Source: a virus. Taken from it: a DNA stretch of 64,000 bases. The first letter of the stretch is position 1; every line of letters starts with the position of its first letter. Location: IMG/VR virus record IMGVR_UViG_3300004093_000003; one strand, given 5' to 3'. The translations under genes and the position numbers were made by a program. The notes beneath the pieces were generated by a model. It was not told the origin of the DNA and did no database searches. It saw only the letters and a program-made list of their open reading frames with translations. Of the stretch, positions 46,879 to 55,747 are shown piece by piece.

Positions 46879-47553
46879 ATGACCACGCCAAAGAAGCCAC
46901 GCCTGTCCGCCAATAAGCTGGGGGAATACCTCGTGGTCGGACCCGCGCGACGTCGCCAGATTATCTACGACGCGAAGTTCCCCAGCGACGCTGTACGACC
47001 TTACTACCAACCGGCTGTCGAGGCGATTGCCCAATTCATCGCGGGCAACATGAAGGACTTGGGTATCCTCGAAAAGAAGGCGCAGGCGCTCGGCGCCATG
47101 AACCCCGAGACGATCTGGCACTCGCGTCGCATCACCGGGAACATCGACGCCTTGGAGCGTTTCGAGGGGATGCTCGATGACATCGATCTGAAGGGCGCAA
47201 CACCTTCGCTAGGTTCCCATCAGGCGCCTCCGATTCACTACAACGGAACCGATGTGAGCGTGCGCCCAGACGTGATCCTCGAAGGCAGCGGATTGGTTGG
47301 AGGCCTGAAGCTCCACTTCCCCACCAGCAAGCCCATGAGCAAGGAGTCGGCTGGCTACGTGTCGGCCGTGACGTTCGAATTCTGCAATCAGCATCTGTCG
47401 GCCAAAGGCACGGCGTCGGGGAAGCTTTGCATGGTGGTCGATGTGGCCTCGGGGCAGTTCTTCCCCGGGACGGCCAGTACCAAGGCCCGCCTGAAGGAGG
47501 TGACGGCCGCGTGTGGCGAGGTGGCCGCGCTTTGGCCGTCCATCCAACCGTGA
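46879..47553 (+). CDS. Hypothetical protein, possible PD-(D/E)XK nuclease fold
   Basis: VSVRPDVIL...GGLKLHF; GGAGG SD. Confidence 0.7.
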   Translation: MTTPKKPRLSANKLGEYLVVGPARRRQIIYDAKFPSDAVRPYYQPAVEAIAQFIAGNMKDLGILEKKAQALGAMNPETIWHSRRITGNIDALERFEGMLDDIDLKGATPSLGSHQAPPIHYNGTDVSVRPDVILEGSGLVGGLKLHFPTSKPMSKESAGYVSAVTFEFCNQHLSAKGTASGKLCMVVDVASGQFFPGTASTKARLKEVTAACGEVAALWPSIQP

Positions 47554-47580
47554 TTTCAAACTTAGCGCTCAAGGGCCACC

Positions 47581-47808
47581 ATGACGAAGGACGAAGCCGA
47601 GCCCGCCATCCGCCATCTTTGCAGCCTCTGGGCAGACGAGAAGGGCATCGTGTTGACCAATCCGGGCCAACCAAGCTTCTCGGAATTCCTGACTTGGCTC
47701 TATAGCAAGGGCTACGGTCACTACCTCACATTCCGATCGCGAACGGGGCCGCGGGAGGATGCCGAACGCTGGTTCGACCAAGAGTTCCGCCAGACCTGGC
47801 GGAACTAA
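47581..47808 (+). CDS. Hypothetical protein
   Basis: 75-aa ORF ending FRS.TGPREDAERWFD.EFRQTWRN. Confidence 0.62.
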   Translation: MTKDEAEPAIRHLCSLWADEKGIVLTNPGQPSFSEFLTWLYSKGYGHYLTFRSRTGPREDAERWFDQEFRQTWRN

Positions 47809-47926
47809 CATCGTGGGGAAGCGCGCAGCCAAGAGTTCACAACCTACGGCACACCGTTGACACGCGGCGGCCGGCACGGCAGGAATAGCCGCGCTAAATC
47901 AAAGGCATAGGCATGTACGGCCACTT

Positions 47927-47973
47927 CCCTCCGAAGGCAGAGGTCGTGAGTTCGAATCTCGCCGGGTCCGCCA
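47927..47973 (+). other. 3' half of tRNA-Arg(CCG), probable attR
   Basis: CCCTCCGAAGGCAG AGGTC GTGAG TTCGAAT CTCGC CGGGTCCGCCA; D-arm and 5' acceptor strand absent. Confidence 0.82.
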
Positions 47974-48043
47974 TTGGCTCACGCGACGGCGATGGCAGGA
48001 TGCGGGATGAAGTACAAGCGGCCGGTCGCGGCATGATGGCCTC

Positions 48044-48898
48044 ATGAGCGGGCTGTTGCACCGCCTGTTCCAAAGCCCCGCCCGGCGTCACTACGAACAG
48101 CAGGGCTATCACTTGTTCAGGCGGGCTTTCCCAGCCGAGGGAATTGGCGCCATCGCGGATATGACTCGGCGGCTCGTTCCGTCTTACACCGGCCCCTTGC
48201 GCCGACAGGACGGTGCCTTTGCCGCCAACACGTTCTTTCCTGGAACGACTCTTGTCAGCAATCCCCTTCTGCATCCACATCTCTCGCTGCCGGGCGAACT
48301 GGCGGCGCTTTCCGCCGCCCTGCGCACGCTGATCACGTCCGGCGCCCTCGGCGAACGGCTGCACGCGCTGGATGGCGTACGCCACTACATCGTCCATCAG
48401 TGCTTGCTGTTCATCGCGGCGCAAACCACGGAGCTGCATCTCGACAGCTGGTCGGTGGACACCGCGCCGCTTGGCCACTCGCATACGGTGTGGATACCGT
48501 TGCAGGACCTCGACCATCGCTCGGGCATTCCGTGCGTCGTGCCGTGGCCGGCGGGCAAGGTTGTGACCGAGCATGACCTTGGCCTCACGCGTGAGGACGC
48601 GATGTCGAGGGACGATCGGTACGAGCGCTACCATCAGGCGCTGCGCACGAAGGTGATGAGCGGCGGCCCGGAGATCGTGACGTCGCTGATGCGGAAGGGC
48701 GATTTCATGGTGTGGTCGTCGCTGACGCCGCATCTCACGCTACCCGCGCAGTCGTTTCCGAGCGAGCGCCTGTCGCTGCAGGTGCTGATCCGACCGGCCG
48801 ACCAACGGTGGGGAGACTTTCTCGAGCAGCCGTACGACCGCACATCGCTGCAGCTCGAGCAGGTATCGAAGTTCTTCTCCGTCCGGGTCATGGACTGA
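48044..48898 (+). CDS. PhyH-family 2-oxoglutarate/Fe(II) dioxygenase
   Basis: GY..F, HLD (HxD), TVWIPLQD and GDFMVW...TPH. Confidence 0.82.
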   Translation: MSGLLHRLFQSPARRHYEQQGYHLFRRAFPAEGIGAIADMTRRLVPSYTGPLRRQDGAFAANTFFPGTTLVSNPLLHPHLSLPGELAALSAALRTLITSGALGERLHALDGVRHYIVHQCLLFIAAQTTELHLDSWSVDTAPLGHSHTVWIPLQDLDHRSGIPCVVPWPAGKVVTEHDLGLTREDAMSRDDRYERYHQALRTKVMSGGPEIVTSLMRKGDFMVWSSLTPHLTLPAQSFPSERLSLQVLIRPADQRWGDFLEQPYDRTSLQLEQVSKFFSVRVMD

Positions 48899-48919
48899 GC
48901 CACCGCCCCGCACCGGCCT

Positions 48920-49945
48920 CTAGGTTTGCGCGATGGGCGGCGTCGTCAGCGCCAGAGGCTCAGTGCCTTGCCAAGAGACATCGATCTCAACGGTATGCAC
49001 CTCTCCCGCTTCCACCAAGACCTCCTCGTCGAAAGGCAGCGAGAGGTTCTGAACGGGGGCGTCGATCCGGGCCGAGCCGACCGCCTTTTGCTCGACTGGC
49101 GTCTGGTTCTCCCGGAAGCTGCGTAGTATCACGTGATAGTGCAACGTCCCCTTCGCCGGGCGCGCCAGATCGAGCGTCAGCCCCCCGACCGCCGGCCGCT
49201 CAATCCGCCGCTGCCCCCAGGAGTGCGGTCCAGGGCCGATCGCAATGAAGGGCGGCGCCTGCAGGATGATGAATGACGTATCGGGAATCGATGCTCTGGC
49301 CGTGTTGAACGGATTGGACGGATCGTGCGAGGCGACCGCGTTTCCGACTTCGCACCATGCAGGGTTGGCGCCGAGGAAGGTACGTGCCGCTTCGAAAGGG
49401 CCGCTCTGCTCGGCATTGTCCATGACGATGATCCCGGACGGGTGTGTCCGGCGCGCTGCCATCTGCAGGTCGAACAGCGCGAACTCGTACTCGTGATTGC
49501 CGTCGACCAGGGTGAGATCGAGCGTGATGCGGCGCTGGTCGAGGTAGGCGAAGAAATCCATCGCAGTCAGCGGATGGAAAGACACATACTTGCTGAGATC
49601 CTTCGGCCATGAGCTGATGATCGGCGGACAGCGATCCCCACCGTAGGGGTCTGTCGTGTAGATGATGCCCCAATTGTTCTCCCAGCACGCCCGCGCCATC
49701 ACCTCGGTGGTGCCAGCGCGGAACGTGCCGATCTCGGCAATGTACTTCGATCGCAGCGTCCTGATGATCGAGAACAGAACCGCCCGAGACTCGTCGCTCA
49801 TGAGCGATCGATCCGGGTAGTCCTTGAAATAAGCCACTGCATCGGCATAGAGCTGGCTGTCGCGCAGATGCTCGAGAGACCCTGGAACCGGCGCTGTCGT
49901 AACAGGTGCAAGCGGCCTGGCGTCGGTTTTCTTGCGAAAGAACAT
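48920..49945 (-). CDS. Class I SAM-dependent methyltransferase (Methyltransf_24-like) with extra C-terminal domain
   Basis: EIGTFRAG, LVDGNHEYE and GIIVMDN motifs. Confidence 0.82.
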   Translation of the reverse strand: MFFRKKTDARPLAPVTTAPVPGSLEHLRDSQLYADAVAYFKDYPDRSLMSDESRAVLFSIIRTLRSKYIAEIGTFRAGTTEVMARACWENNWGIIYTTDPYGGDRCPPIISSWPKDLSKYVSFHPLTAMDFFAYLDQRRITLDLTLVDGNHEYEFALFDLQMAARRTHPSGIIVMDNAEQSGPFEAARTFLGANPAWCEVGNAVASHDPSNPFNTARASIPDTSFIILQAPPFIAIGPGPHSWGQRRIERPAVGGLTLDLARPAKGTLHYHVILRSFRENQTPVEQKAVGSARIDAPVQNLSLPFDEEVLVEAGEVHTVEIDVSWQGTEPLALTTPPIAQT

Positions 49946-50221
49946 GCTACATCGCCTCGCGGAGCTTGATTGACTTGATCGGATATTCGCTGTTTCCGAG
50001 CGCGGTCGCGCATCTGGTCAGGAGTCGCACGTCGGGCTCACGGGTGCCAGTCGCCAAATGGGATCCTCTACTGCCTGTCGAGGCCTGAAGAGGCTGGTCA
50101 AGAACCGCCGTTGTTGCTGATCGTCGCCGCCGAGCACCTCGCGCCATTTCTCGGCCATTTGGCCCACTAGCCGATCGAACGCCATGGCAACCTCCGTAGC
50201 TCAGCATCGGGCGCCTATAGC

Positions 50222-51088
50222 TTGTTCCGACGCCCGAGGCGAGGCAGTCTCCGCCGCATGAGACTCTGGGCGAGCAAGGCGTATCGACACTACCGAGACC
50301 ACGGCTACCAAGTCTTCCGCAAAGCATGGCCTACCGATTCTATCACCGCCATTGCCGACATGGCACGGACACAGATCGGAGCCTATGCTGGGCTCATCCG
50401 ACGCGCTGGCGACACGATGGACCTCAATGAGTTCTGGCCGGGCACCTCCCTGATCAAGAATGCGCCCCTCAATGCCCACGTTGCGCTGCCAGAAGGACTT
50501 GAGCCGCTGTCGCGAGCGCTCCGTCAGCTGGTGACGTCCAGCGCTCTGGCCGATCGGCTGCAGGAGCTCGACGGCGAGGATCACTACACCATCCACCAGA
50601 CGATCCTGTTCATGAGCGCGCCCAGCACAGAGATCCACCTGGACAGCTGGTCGGTTGACACTGCGCCACATGGCCGAGCGCACACTGTCTGGATACCCCT
50701 TCAGGATATGAACCCCGGATCCGGTGTGCCGTCCGTGATCTCTTGGCCGCGAGAACGCCTGGTCACCGAGGCCGCGCTTGGCCTGCCAGAGGAGGGGTCG
50801 GTTGGGGAGCGCTATGACCGCTACCATCAGGCGCTGGCTGCCAAGATCCTCGGTGAAGGGCCCGAGGCCACGACTCCGCTTATGCGCGCCGGCGACTTCA
50901 TCGTCTGGTCGTCGCTTACGCCGCACTTCACCCTGCCGTCGCGGCCTTTTCCGGCAGAACGGATGGCGCTGCAGGTGTTGGTGCGGCCAACGCGGCTCAT
51001 ATGGGGCAGCTTCATCAATCAGCCTTCCAAGTGGACGATCGACAGGTCCGTTCGCATCAACGAACGCTTCTCTCTTCACTTCATCTAG
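50222..51088 (+). CDS. PhyH-family dioxygenase, paralog of 48044
   Basis: Shares HLDSWSVDTAP, HTVWIPLQD and VWSSLTPH; start may be ATG 50258. Confidence 0.8.
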   Translation: MFRRPRRGSLRRMRLWASKAYRHYRDHGYQVFRKAWPTDSITAIADMARTQIGAYAGLIRRAGDTMDLNEFWPGTSLIKNAPLNAHVALPEGLEPLSRALRQLVTSSALADRLQELDGEDHYTIHQTILFMSAPSTEIHLDSWSVDTAPHGRAHTVWIPLQDMNPGSGVPSVISWPRERLVTEAALGLPEEGSVGERYDRYHQALAAKILGEGPEATTPLMRAGDFIVWSSLTPHFTLPSRPFPAERMALQVLVRPTRLIWGSFINQPSKWTIDRSVRINERFSLHFI

Positions 51089-51101
51089 CCGTTTCTGGCC
51101 G

Positions 51102-52019
51102 CTAGATCCTGATTATCTTATTGGTGGCAAATGTCGGCTGGACGATGCTGAAGGCACTGGTCGAACCGCTGCCGCTGCCTCCCAGCGAACCCGACACCTG
51201 GACCGCGATCTGTCCCGCAAACAATTGATCGCACGCGCTGTGGAAACCGCCGGGACCATCTTGCCAGCCGGTGGTCGCCAGGTTGTTGACGTTGCTGCCC
51301 GACAAAGTTCCACTGACACCGACACTGACGCTGACGCCAGCACTGTTCGCGGTACCGCCAAGCTTCTGCGCCAGCGCCGCGCCAAGCGGTCCGCCAACAC
51401 CAGCATCGACATAGCCGCGGCTGTCCGGAACGTTGAACGTCGTGCTTCCATCGCCGGCGCCGTAGGTCGTGCCGATGGCGGCAAAGAGCGCGGGATATTG
51501 CGTGCGGCTGACGGCACTGCCGTCCTCCGCGAGCCAGCCGGCCGGCAGTGTCGCGCTGCGGTTGCTCTGCGATGTGCCGGTCGGAATTGCCTGCACGGAA
51601 TCGGCGATGCGGAACGCGCCGGACGATGCGTGATAGACCAACCGTAAGATCGAGCCCGAGGCGCACCACGACGGTGGCAGCAGGTACCAGGTGCCGTTGT
51701 AGAAATGGCGGAGCGGGATTGCACCCAGTCCGTTCACGTTCAGCGTCGCGCCGACGCCGGGGGTGGCGTGTAGCTCGAGCAGGAACGACATGCCATCGAC
51801 ATAGGCCCCCGGCGCGACGCTGTAGGCCACCGTATATGCCGTCGCCGAACCGGCCGTGAGCTTCGGCGCGCTCCAGTTGAACCAGCGCTTGACGGCCCCC
51901 ATCATCGCCCGCAGCACGTTGTTCACGCCGCTCGGCGCCATGCCCTCCGGCGCACCATCGGGCGCCGACGTGATGTTGGCATTGTCGTCTTCGTTCCAGT
52001 TGGAAGCAGCGATATCCAT
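51102..52019 (-). CDS. Tail fibre with tail-collar domain
   Basis: APDGAPEGMAPS.VNN..R N-terminus; PAGWL.EDGSAVSRTQYPALFAAIGTTYGAGDGSTTFNVPD. Confidence 0.88.
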   Translation of the reverse strand: MDIAASNWNEDDNANITSAPDGAPEGMAPSGVNNVLRAMMGAVKRWFNWSAPKLTAGSATAYTVAYSVAPGAYVDGMSFLLELHATPGVGATLNVNGLGAIPLRHFYNGTWYLLPPSWCASGSILRLVYHASSGAFRIADSVQAIPTGTSQSNRSATLPAGWLAEDGSAVSRTQYPALFAAIGTTYGAGDGSTTFNVPDSRGYVDAGVGGPLGAALAQKLGGTANSAGVSVSVGVSGTLSGSNVNNLATTGWQDGPGGFHSACDQLFAGQIAVQVSGSLGGSGSGSTSAFSIVQPTFATNKIIRI

Positions 52020-52034
52020 GGCCGTCTCCTAGAT

Positions 52035-52442
52035 CTATTTGCTCGCCACGCCCTTCAGCTTCTCGTACGAGCGCATGGCGCCGATGCCGAGCATCGCCGT
52101 CACCAGCTCCCACATGTTGCTGTCCATGGTGGGCGCGTTCAGCACGGCGGTGGTGAAGGACTCCGGCATGAAGCCGGCGAAGGCCAGGAACATCGGCTTC
52201 AGCAGGAACTGCCAGGCGATGGCGCTGCCGCCGACCCAGCCGATGAAGGGACGCCAGCCGGCAATGAACAGGCTGCCGGTCTGCGCCTCGGCCTTGTTGA
52301 CCTCGAGCTGCGACAGGTCGGCCTGCTGCAGCTTCGAGAAGAAGTCCGCCATCGCCTTGTCGCGTTGCGCGGGGTCCGGGAACAGCCGGCCGAACGCCTC
52401 CTGCAGGAGCGGCGTCAGCACGGGAATGAGGGCTGCGAACAT
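52035..52442 (-). CDS. 3-TM holin (GTA_holin_3TM-like)
   Basis: VNKAEA..AGWRPFIGW and MLGIGAMRSYEK. Confidence 0.88.
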   Translation of the reverse strand: MFAALIPVLTPLLQEAFGRLFPDPAQRDKAMADFFSKLQQADLSQLEVNKAEAQTGSLFIAGWRPFIGWVGGSAIAWQFLLKPMFLAFAGFMPESFTTAVLNAPTMDSNMWELVTAMLGIGAMRSYEKLKGVASK

Positions 52443-52978
52443 CAGGCGATCCTTTCCTCGAATTGGTCCAGTCGATTGGCCCAGCCGGTGGCGAACTGCG
52501 CCTGGTCGGGCCGGCGGCCGACGTAGCGCAGCAACAGTTCGTAGCGTTCGCACTTCACGGCGTAGAACAGCGCCGGCCAGTTGCTGACCTTGGCCAGCGC
52601 CTCGCGCGATTTCGGGCCGAAATCGCCGTCGATGGCGCCGGCATAGAGACCTTCGCGCTTCAGCACGCTCTGCAGCGCCGCCGCCGGCGCGCCGACGCCC
52701 GAGTTGACGGCATAGTCGAAGAGGAACTCGAGCAGCTGCGGGTCCTTCACCTGGTCGAAGCCGGTCCCGGTGAAGTAGCGGGCACGGTAGATGCGGCGGG
52801 CCTCGAGCTCGGTCATGCCCTCGACGTCGACGGCCGACACCGGCGACTTGCGCCAATCGTGCAGCGTGGCCAGCGTGATGCCGAACTTGGTCGGTCCGCC
52901 GGCGTCGGCGGCATTGTCGACGTAGCCGCCTTCGCGTTGGATGACGCGCGTGATCAGGTCTTCAATCGTATCGCTCAT
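52442..52978 (-). CDS. Endolysin GH108
   Basis: REGGYVDN.ADAGGPTKFGIT; close paralog of 2808-3341. Confidence 0.93.
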   Translation of the reverse strand: MSDTIEDLITRVIQREGGYVDNAADAGGPTKFGITLATLHDWRKSPVSAVDVEGMTELEARRIYRARYFTGTGFDQVKDPQLLEFLFDYAVNSGVGAPAAALQSVLKREGLYAGAIDGDFGPKSREALAKVSNWPALFYAVKCERYELLLRYVGRRPDQAQFATGWANRLDQFEERIA

Positions 52979-52983
52979 AGTCT

Positions 52984-53226
52984 TCAAACCTTCCTGCTCA
53001 GGAACGTGACGAAGGCGCCACCGAGGAGGCTGGCGCTGCCGGCGATCGCTGCGATGATGCCGCTGCGGTGCGCCTCGCGGCGCTCGAGCTTGCCGACCCG
53101 CCCCTCGGTCTCGCGTTGGCGCTCTCCCACCTCCGCAACGCTCGCCTTGATGTCGTCCATGCGGGCTTCCAGGCCATCCAGCTGGCCCGAGATCTTGCCC
53201 AGGAGATAGTCGAGGCTGTCGGCCAT
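52984..53226 (-). CDS. Coiled-coil protein with C-terminal TM helix (lysis-associated)
   Basis: Heptad pattern followed by a hydrophobic tail. Confidence 0.6.
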   Translation of the reverse strand: MADSLDYLLGKISGQLDGLEARMDDIKASVAEVGERQRETEGRVGKLERREAHRSGIIAAIAGSASLLGGAFVTFLSRKV

Positions 53227-53235
53227 CGGTGTCCC

Positions 53236-53607
53236 CTATGCTCCCGCGTAGCCCTGCGCGTTCACGAACACGCCGCCGGTGACCGCCGTGAGCGTCACGA
53301 CCTCGAGCAGCGTGTTCGGGGAGCCGACCAGGGGCGACTGGAAGTTGATCGCCATCAGCGGCATGGCGGTGGTCTGCAGCTGGCAACGCCAGAGCACGGT
53401 TCCACCGGCGCCGTCCCGGATGGCGAGCTCTGTCGGCGCGCCGAGCGTCGCCGTGTTGATCTGCAGATCGGTGACGTAGTTGCGGACGCCGGCGCCGGCG
53501 GCTGGCTTGATCGTCACGGCCGTCGTCGTATTGACGATGCCACCGGTGGCTTGGGCGTAGTTCCAACCGTCGGTCTGACGGCTGATTGCGACTGGCTGAG
53601 TTCCCAT
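53236..53607 (-). CDS. Hypothetical beta-rich virion-type protein
   Basis: 123-aa ORF with GGGAG SD. Confidence 0.6.
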   Translation of the reverse strand: MGTQPVAISRQTDGWNYAQATGGIVNTTTAVTIKPAAGAGVRNYVTDLQINTATLGAPTELAIRDGAGGTVLWRCQLQTTAMPLMAINFQSPLVGSPNTLLEVVTLTAVTGGVFVNAQGYAGA

Positions 53608-53656
53608 GATTGGCTCCCGGAAAGGATTGAGGCGTTGGTGAAAGGGAGGCTGGCTC

Positions 53657-54016
53657 CTAATCCCCGGCCCCGACGGGCAGGTTTGTCAGAAAGTCCGTCA
53701 GGCCGGCCATACGCATGGCATCGGCCATCGTGTACGCACCGCCTGGTCCGCTGCCTTGCGGTCCCGCGTTCATGATGATTCCGCCGCTCTTGGGTTTGCC
53801 GATGTCCTTCAGTGCCTCGCTGGCCAGCGCAACGCCGTCCCGCAAAGTGAAGCTGGGCGGTGGTTGCTGCATCGGCGGCAACGATGGCTGCAGGTTGAGG
53901 CCGGACATCATCATGGGCTGGGGCGGTCGGAAGGCCGCGCCAGCTGCCTGGGCCAACATTTCCGGCGTCAACATCTGGAATGGATTGCCCGCAGGCTTGA
54001 AGTCGAAGCCGTTCAT
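53657..54016 (-). CDS. Short Pro/Gly/Met-rich protein, possibly an ejection protein or a truncated one
   Basis: TGATG coupled; low complexity. Confidence 0.5.
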   Translation of the reverse strand: MNGFDFKPAGNPFQMLTPEMLAQAAGAAFRPPQPMMMSGLNLQPSLPPMQQPPPSFTLRDGVALASEALKDIGKPKSGGIIMNAGPQGSGPGGAYTMADAMRMAGLTDFLTNLPVGAGD

Positions 54017-55056
54017 CAGACGAGCCCTCCCGCCACCACCTTGTGGCCCCCGATTCCGCGGACGCGCCAAGGGCCGTCGCGCTCCGCCATATCCTGCGCC
54101 ATGGGGCCAACGACTTTCGGATAGGTCTTGGGGTCGCTCTTGTAGCGATAGGCGTACATGGGCAGGCCGGTAAGCGGGTCGATACCCAGCTCGTCGATGT
54201 CGGTCTTGTCGCGGCGGTCGCTGCTGAAGATCAGCGGCGCCGCCTTCATCCCGAGACCGAGGGCAGCCCCGAGCCACGAATCACCACCGTTGTTCGTCGT
54301 GCCATAGCCGTACGTCGTGCCGCTGCCCGAGCTCGAGCCGCTGCTGTCGGTGACGCCACCAGGAGCGAGCGAGAGCACGCCGAGGCCGGTACGCGTCAGG
54401 AGATCTAGCGGCGCCATCTTCTGCGCCTGCGTGTAAGCGTCCTCGGCCTGACCCGCCTGCCCCATGCCCATCACGTTCTGCCAGGCCGCGCTGTTGAGGC
54501 CGGGCAACTGCGACAGGACGTTCAGCTGATTGCTGCGCTCCTGGGCGTAGTTGTTGTATCCCGCCTGCGTTGCCGCGCCGGCGAGATTGCGCGCGAGCGA
54601 GTCCGTCGCGGTGGCCACGGCGTCGCCCGCGAGGTTCCCCGCCTCCGGGGTCCTGCCTGAACCGCTGAACATGCTGCCGATGCCGGGCAGGACCTGCTTG
54701 TTGAAGGCGGTGATGGCCGGCTGCTGCGCGTAGTCGATGTTGGCCTGGAGGTAGGGATTGCTCGACAGATCGAGATACTTGCCACCCAGCGTATCGGCCG
54801 CGAATGAAGCGGGCATGCTGCCGAGGCCCGCCACTCCACCGTTGCCGAGTTGCGTGGCGGCATTCCAGAAGTTGCTCGTGTTGGCCGACGGCGGCGTATA
54901 GGGATTGATCGAGGTGCCCGTGTTGTAGACGGACGTGCCGAGGCCGCGCAGAAGCCCCTGCGCCCAGTCGATCGGCTGACTGACCGACCTGCCCTGCTGC
55001 TGGCTCTGCTGGCTGGTCTGTTGGACCTGGTTGCTGCTGGTTGCTTGACTGCCCAT
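54016..55056 (-). CDS. Internal virion/ejection-type protein with S74-like C-terminus
   Basis: Gln/Ser/Gly-rich, LDLSSNPYL and SGMFSG-like motifs; SSDRRDK.DI..YAYRYK..GPMAQD. Confidence 0.7.
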   Translation of the reverse strand: MGSQATSSNQVQQTSQQSQQQGRSVSQPIDWAQGLLRGLGTSVYNTGTSINPYTPPSANTSNFWNAATQLGNGGVAGLGSMPASFAADTLGGKYLDLSSNPYLQANIDYAQQPAITAFNKQVLPGIGSMFSGSGRTPEAGNLAGDAVATATDSLARNLAGAATQAGYNNYAQERSNQLNVLSQLPGLNSAAWQNVMGMGQAGQAEDAYTQAQKMAPLDLLTRTGLGVLSLAPGGVTDSSGSSSGSGTTYGYGTTNNGGDSWLGAALGLGMKAAPLIFSSDRRDKTDIDELGIDPLTGLPMYAYRYKSDPKTYPKVVGPMAQDMAERDGPWRVRGIGGHKVVAGGLV

Positions 55057-55478
55057 CAGAGTCTCCTTCCCCAAGCTGACCTGCCATCCATGACGATCTC
55101 CTCTCCGCCCATCAGGCGAACGATGCGACGCCAGCCGGCGCGGCTGGGCGTGCCCCAGACGACGGTGCAGCCGAGCGAGCGCGCCCACGGCTCGACCGTG
55201 GCCATGAACTCAGCGGCCCAGTCGTCCATGCGCGCACCGCCCACCAGCCAGAGCCGGCAGCCCTTCTCGGGCTCCAGCAGCGTGATCTGCGTGGTGACGG
55301 CCGCGACCATCCTGTCGAGATCGAAGACGCCCCAGAGCTGCGCCTCGCCCTGTAGGAGCTTGCCGACGACCTCTTCCTCGGTGCCACCGTTCGTGCGCGT
55401 GGCGGCACGCTCGAGCAGCGGCCATGCGTGGCGCCAGAAGAGGCCGAGTTGGCGAACCGGGACGGCGGTCACGATCAT
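55056..55478 (-). CDS. GNAT-like virion assembly protein (P22 gp14/T7 gp13 position)
   Basis: L..GEAQLW, AAVTTQI, LWLVGG and SRAGWRR. Confidence 0.6.
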   Translation of the reverse strand: MIVTAVPVRQLGLFWRHAWPLLERAATRTNGGTEEEVVGKLLQGEAQLWGVFDLDRMVAAVTTQITLLEPEKGCRLWLVGGARMDDWAAEFMATVEPWARSLGCTVVWGTPSRAGWRRIVRLMGGEEIVMDGRSAWGRRL

Positions 55479-55747
55479 GGCAGCCCCAACAGCTGCTTGA
55501 GGTCGCCGGGAGTGAGCCCGACGGCGGCGAGCTTCTGCGCCGGCGTCAGTTCCGGCGTTGGCGGCAACGGAACAATCGCGAAGGCCCGGCCATCGAATGT
55601 GATCCCGGCGTTCGGGGGCAGTGCCGTGAAGGCCGCAGCCTGATCATCGGTCAGATCGATGACGGCGCCTCCTTCGGGCGCCTCGAAATCGGGGGCATCG
55701 GCCGACCACATGCGGATCAGCCCTCCTCGGTCCACCACGACGCGCAT
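55475..55747 (-). CDS. Small tail assembly-type protein
   Basis: C-terminal TPAQKLAAVGLT.GDLKQLLG. Confidence 0.55.
   Translation of the reverse strand: MRVVVDRGGLIRMWSADAPDFEAPEGGAVIDLTDDQAAAFTALPPNAGITFDGRAFAIVPLPPTPELTPAQKLAAVGLTPGDLKQLLGLP

Larger units (their letters stand above)
1..47973. mobile_element. Temperate prophage with lambda-like head, Mu-like contractile tail and lambdoid immunity region; left end outside window
   Basis: Contiguous lysis, tail, head, packaging, replication, immunity and integrase modules; ends at a tRNA-Arg 3' fragment. Confidence 0.9.

Noticed and set aside
1387-47913. GGCATAGGCA shared near 1387 and 47904 as attL/attR
   Set aside because: A 10-bp match is expected by chance in 64 kb and lies outside the tRNA core
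47881-47973. Intact tRNA-Arg gene
   Set aside because: No D-arm or 5' acceptor strand, and the anticodon stem is mismatched
49947-50185. Small or frameshifted gene upstream of the methyltransferase
   Set aside because: It has an SD and ATG at 50185 but stops after 55 codons, with no recognisable family; too weak to call
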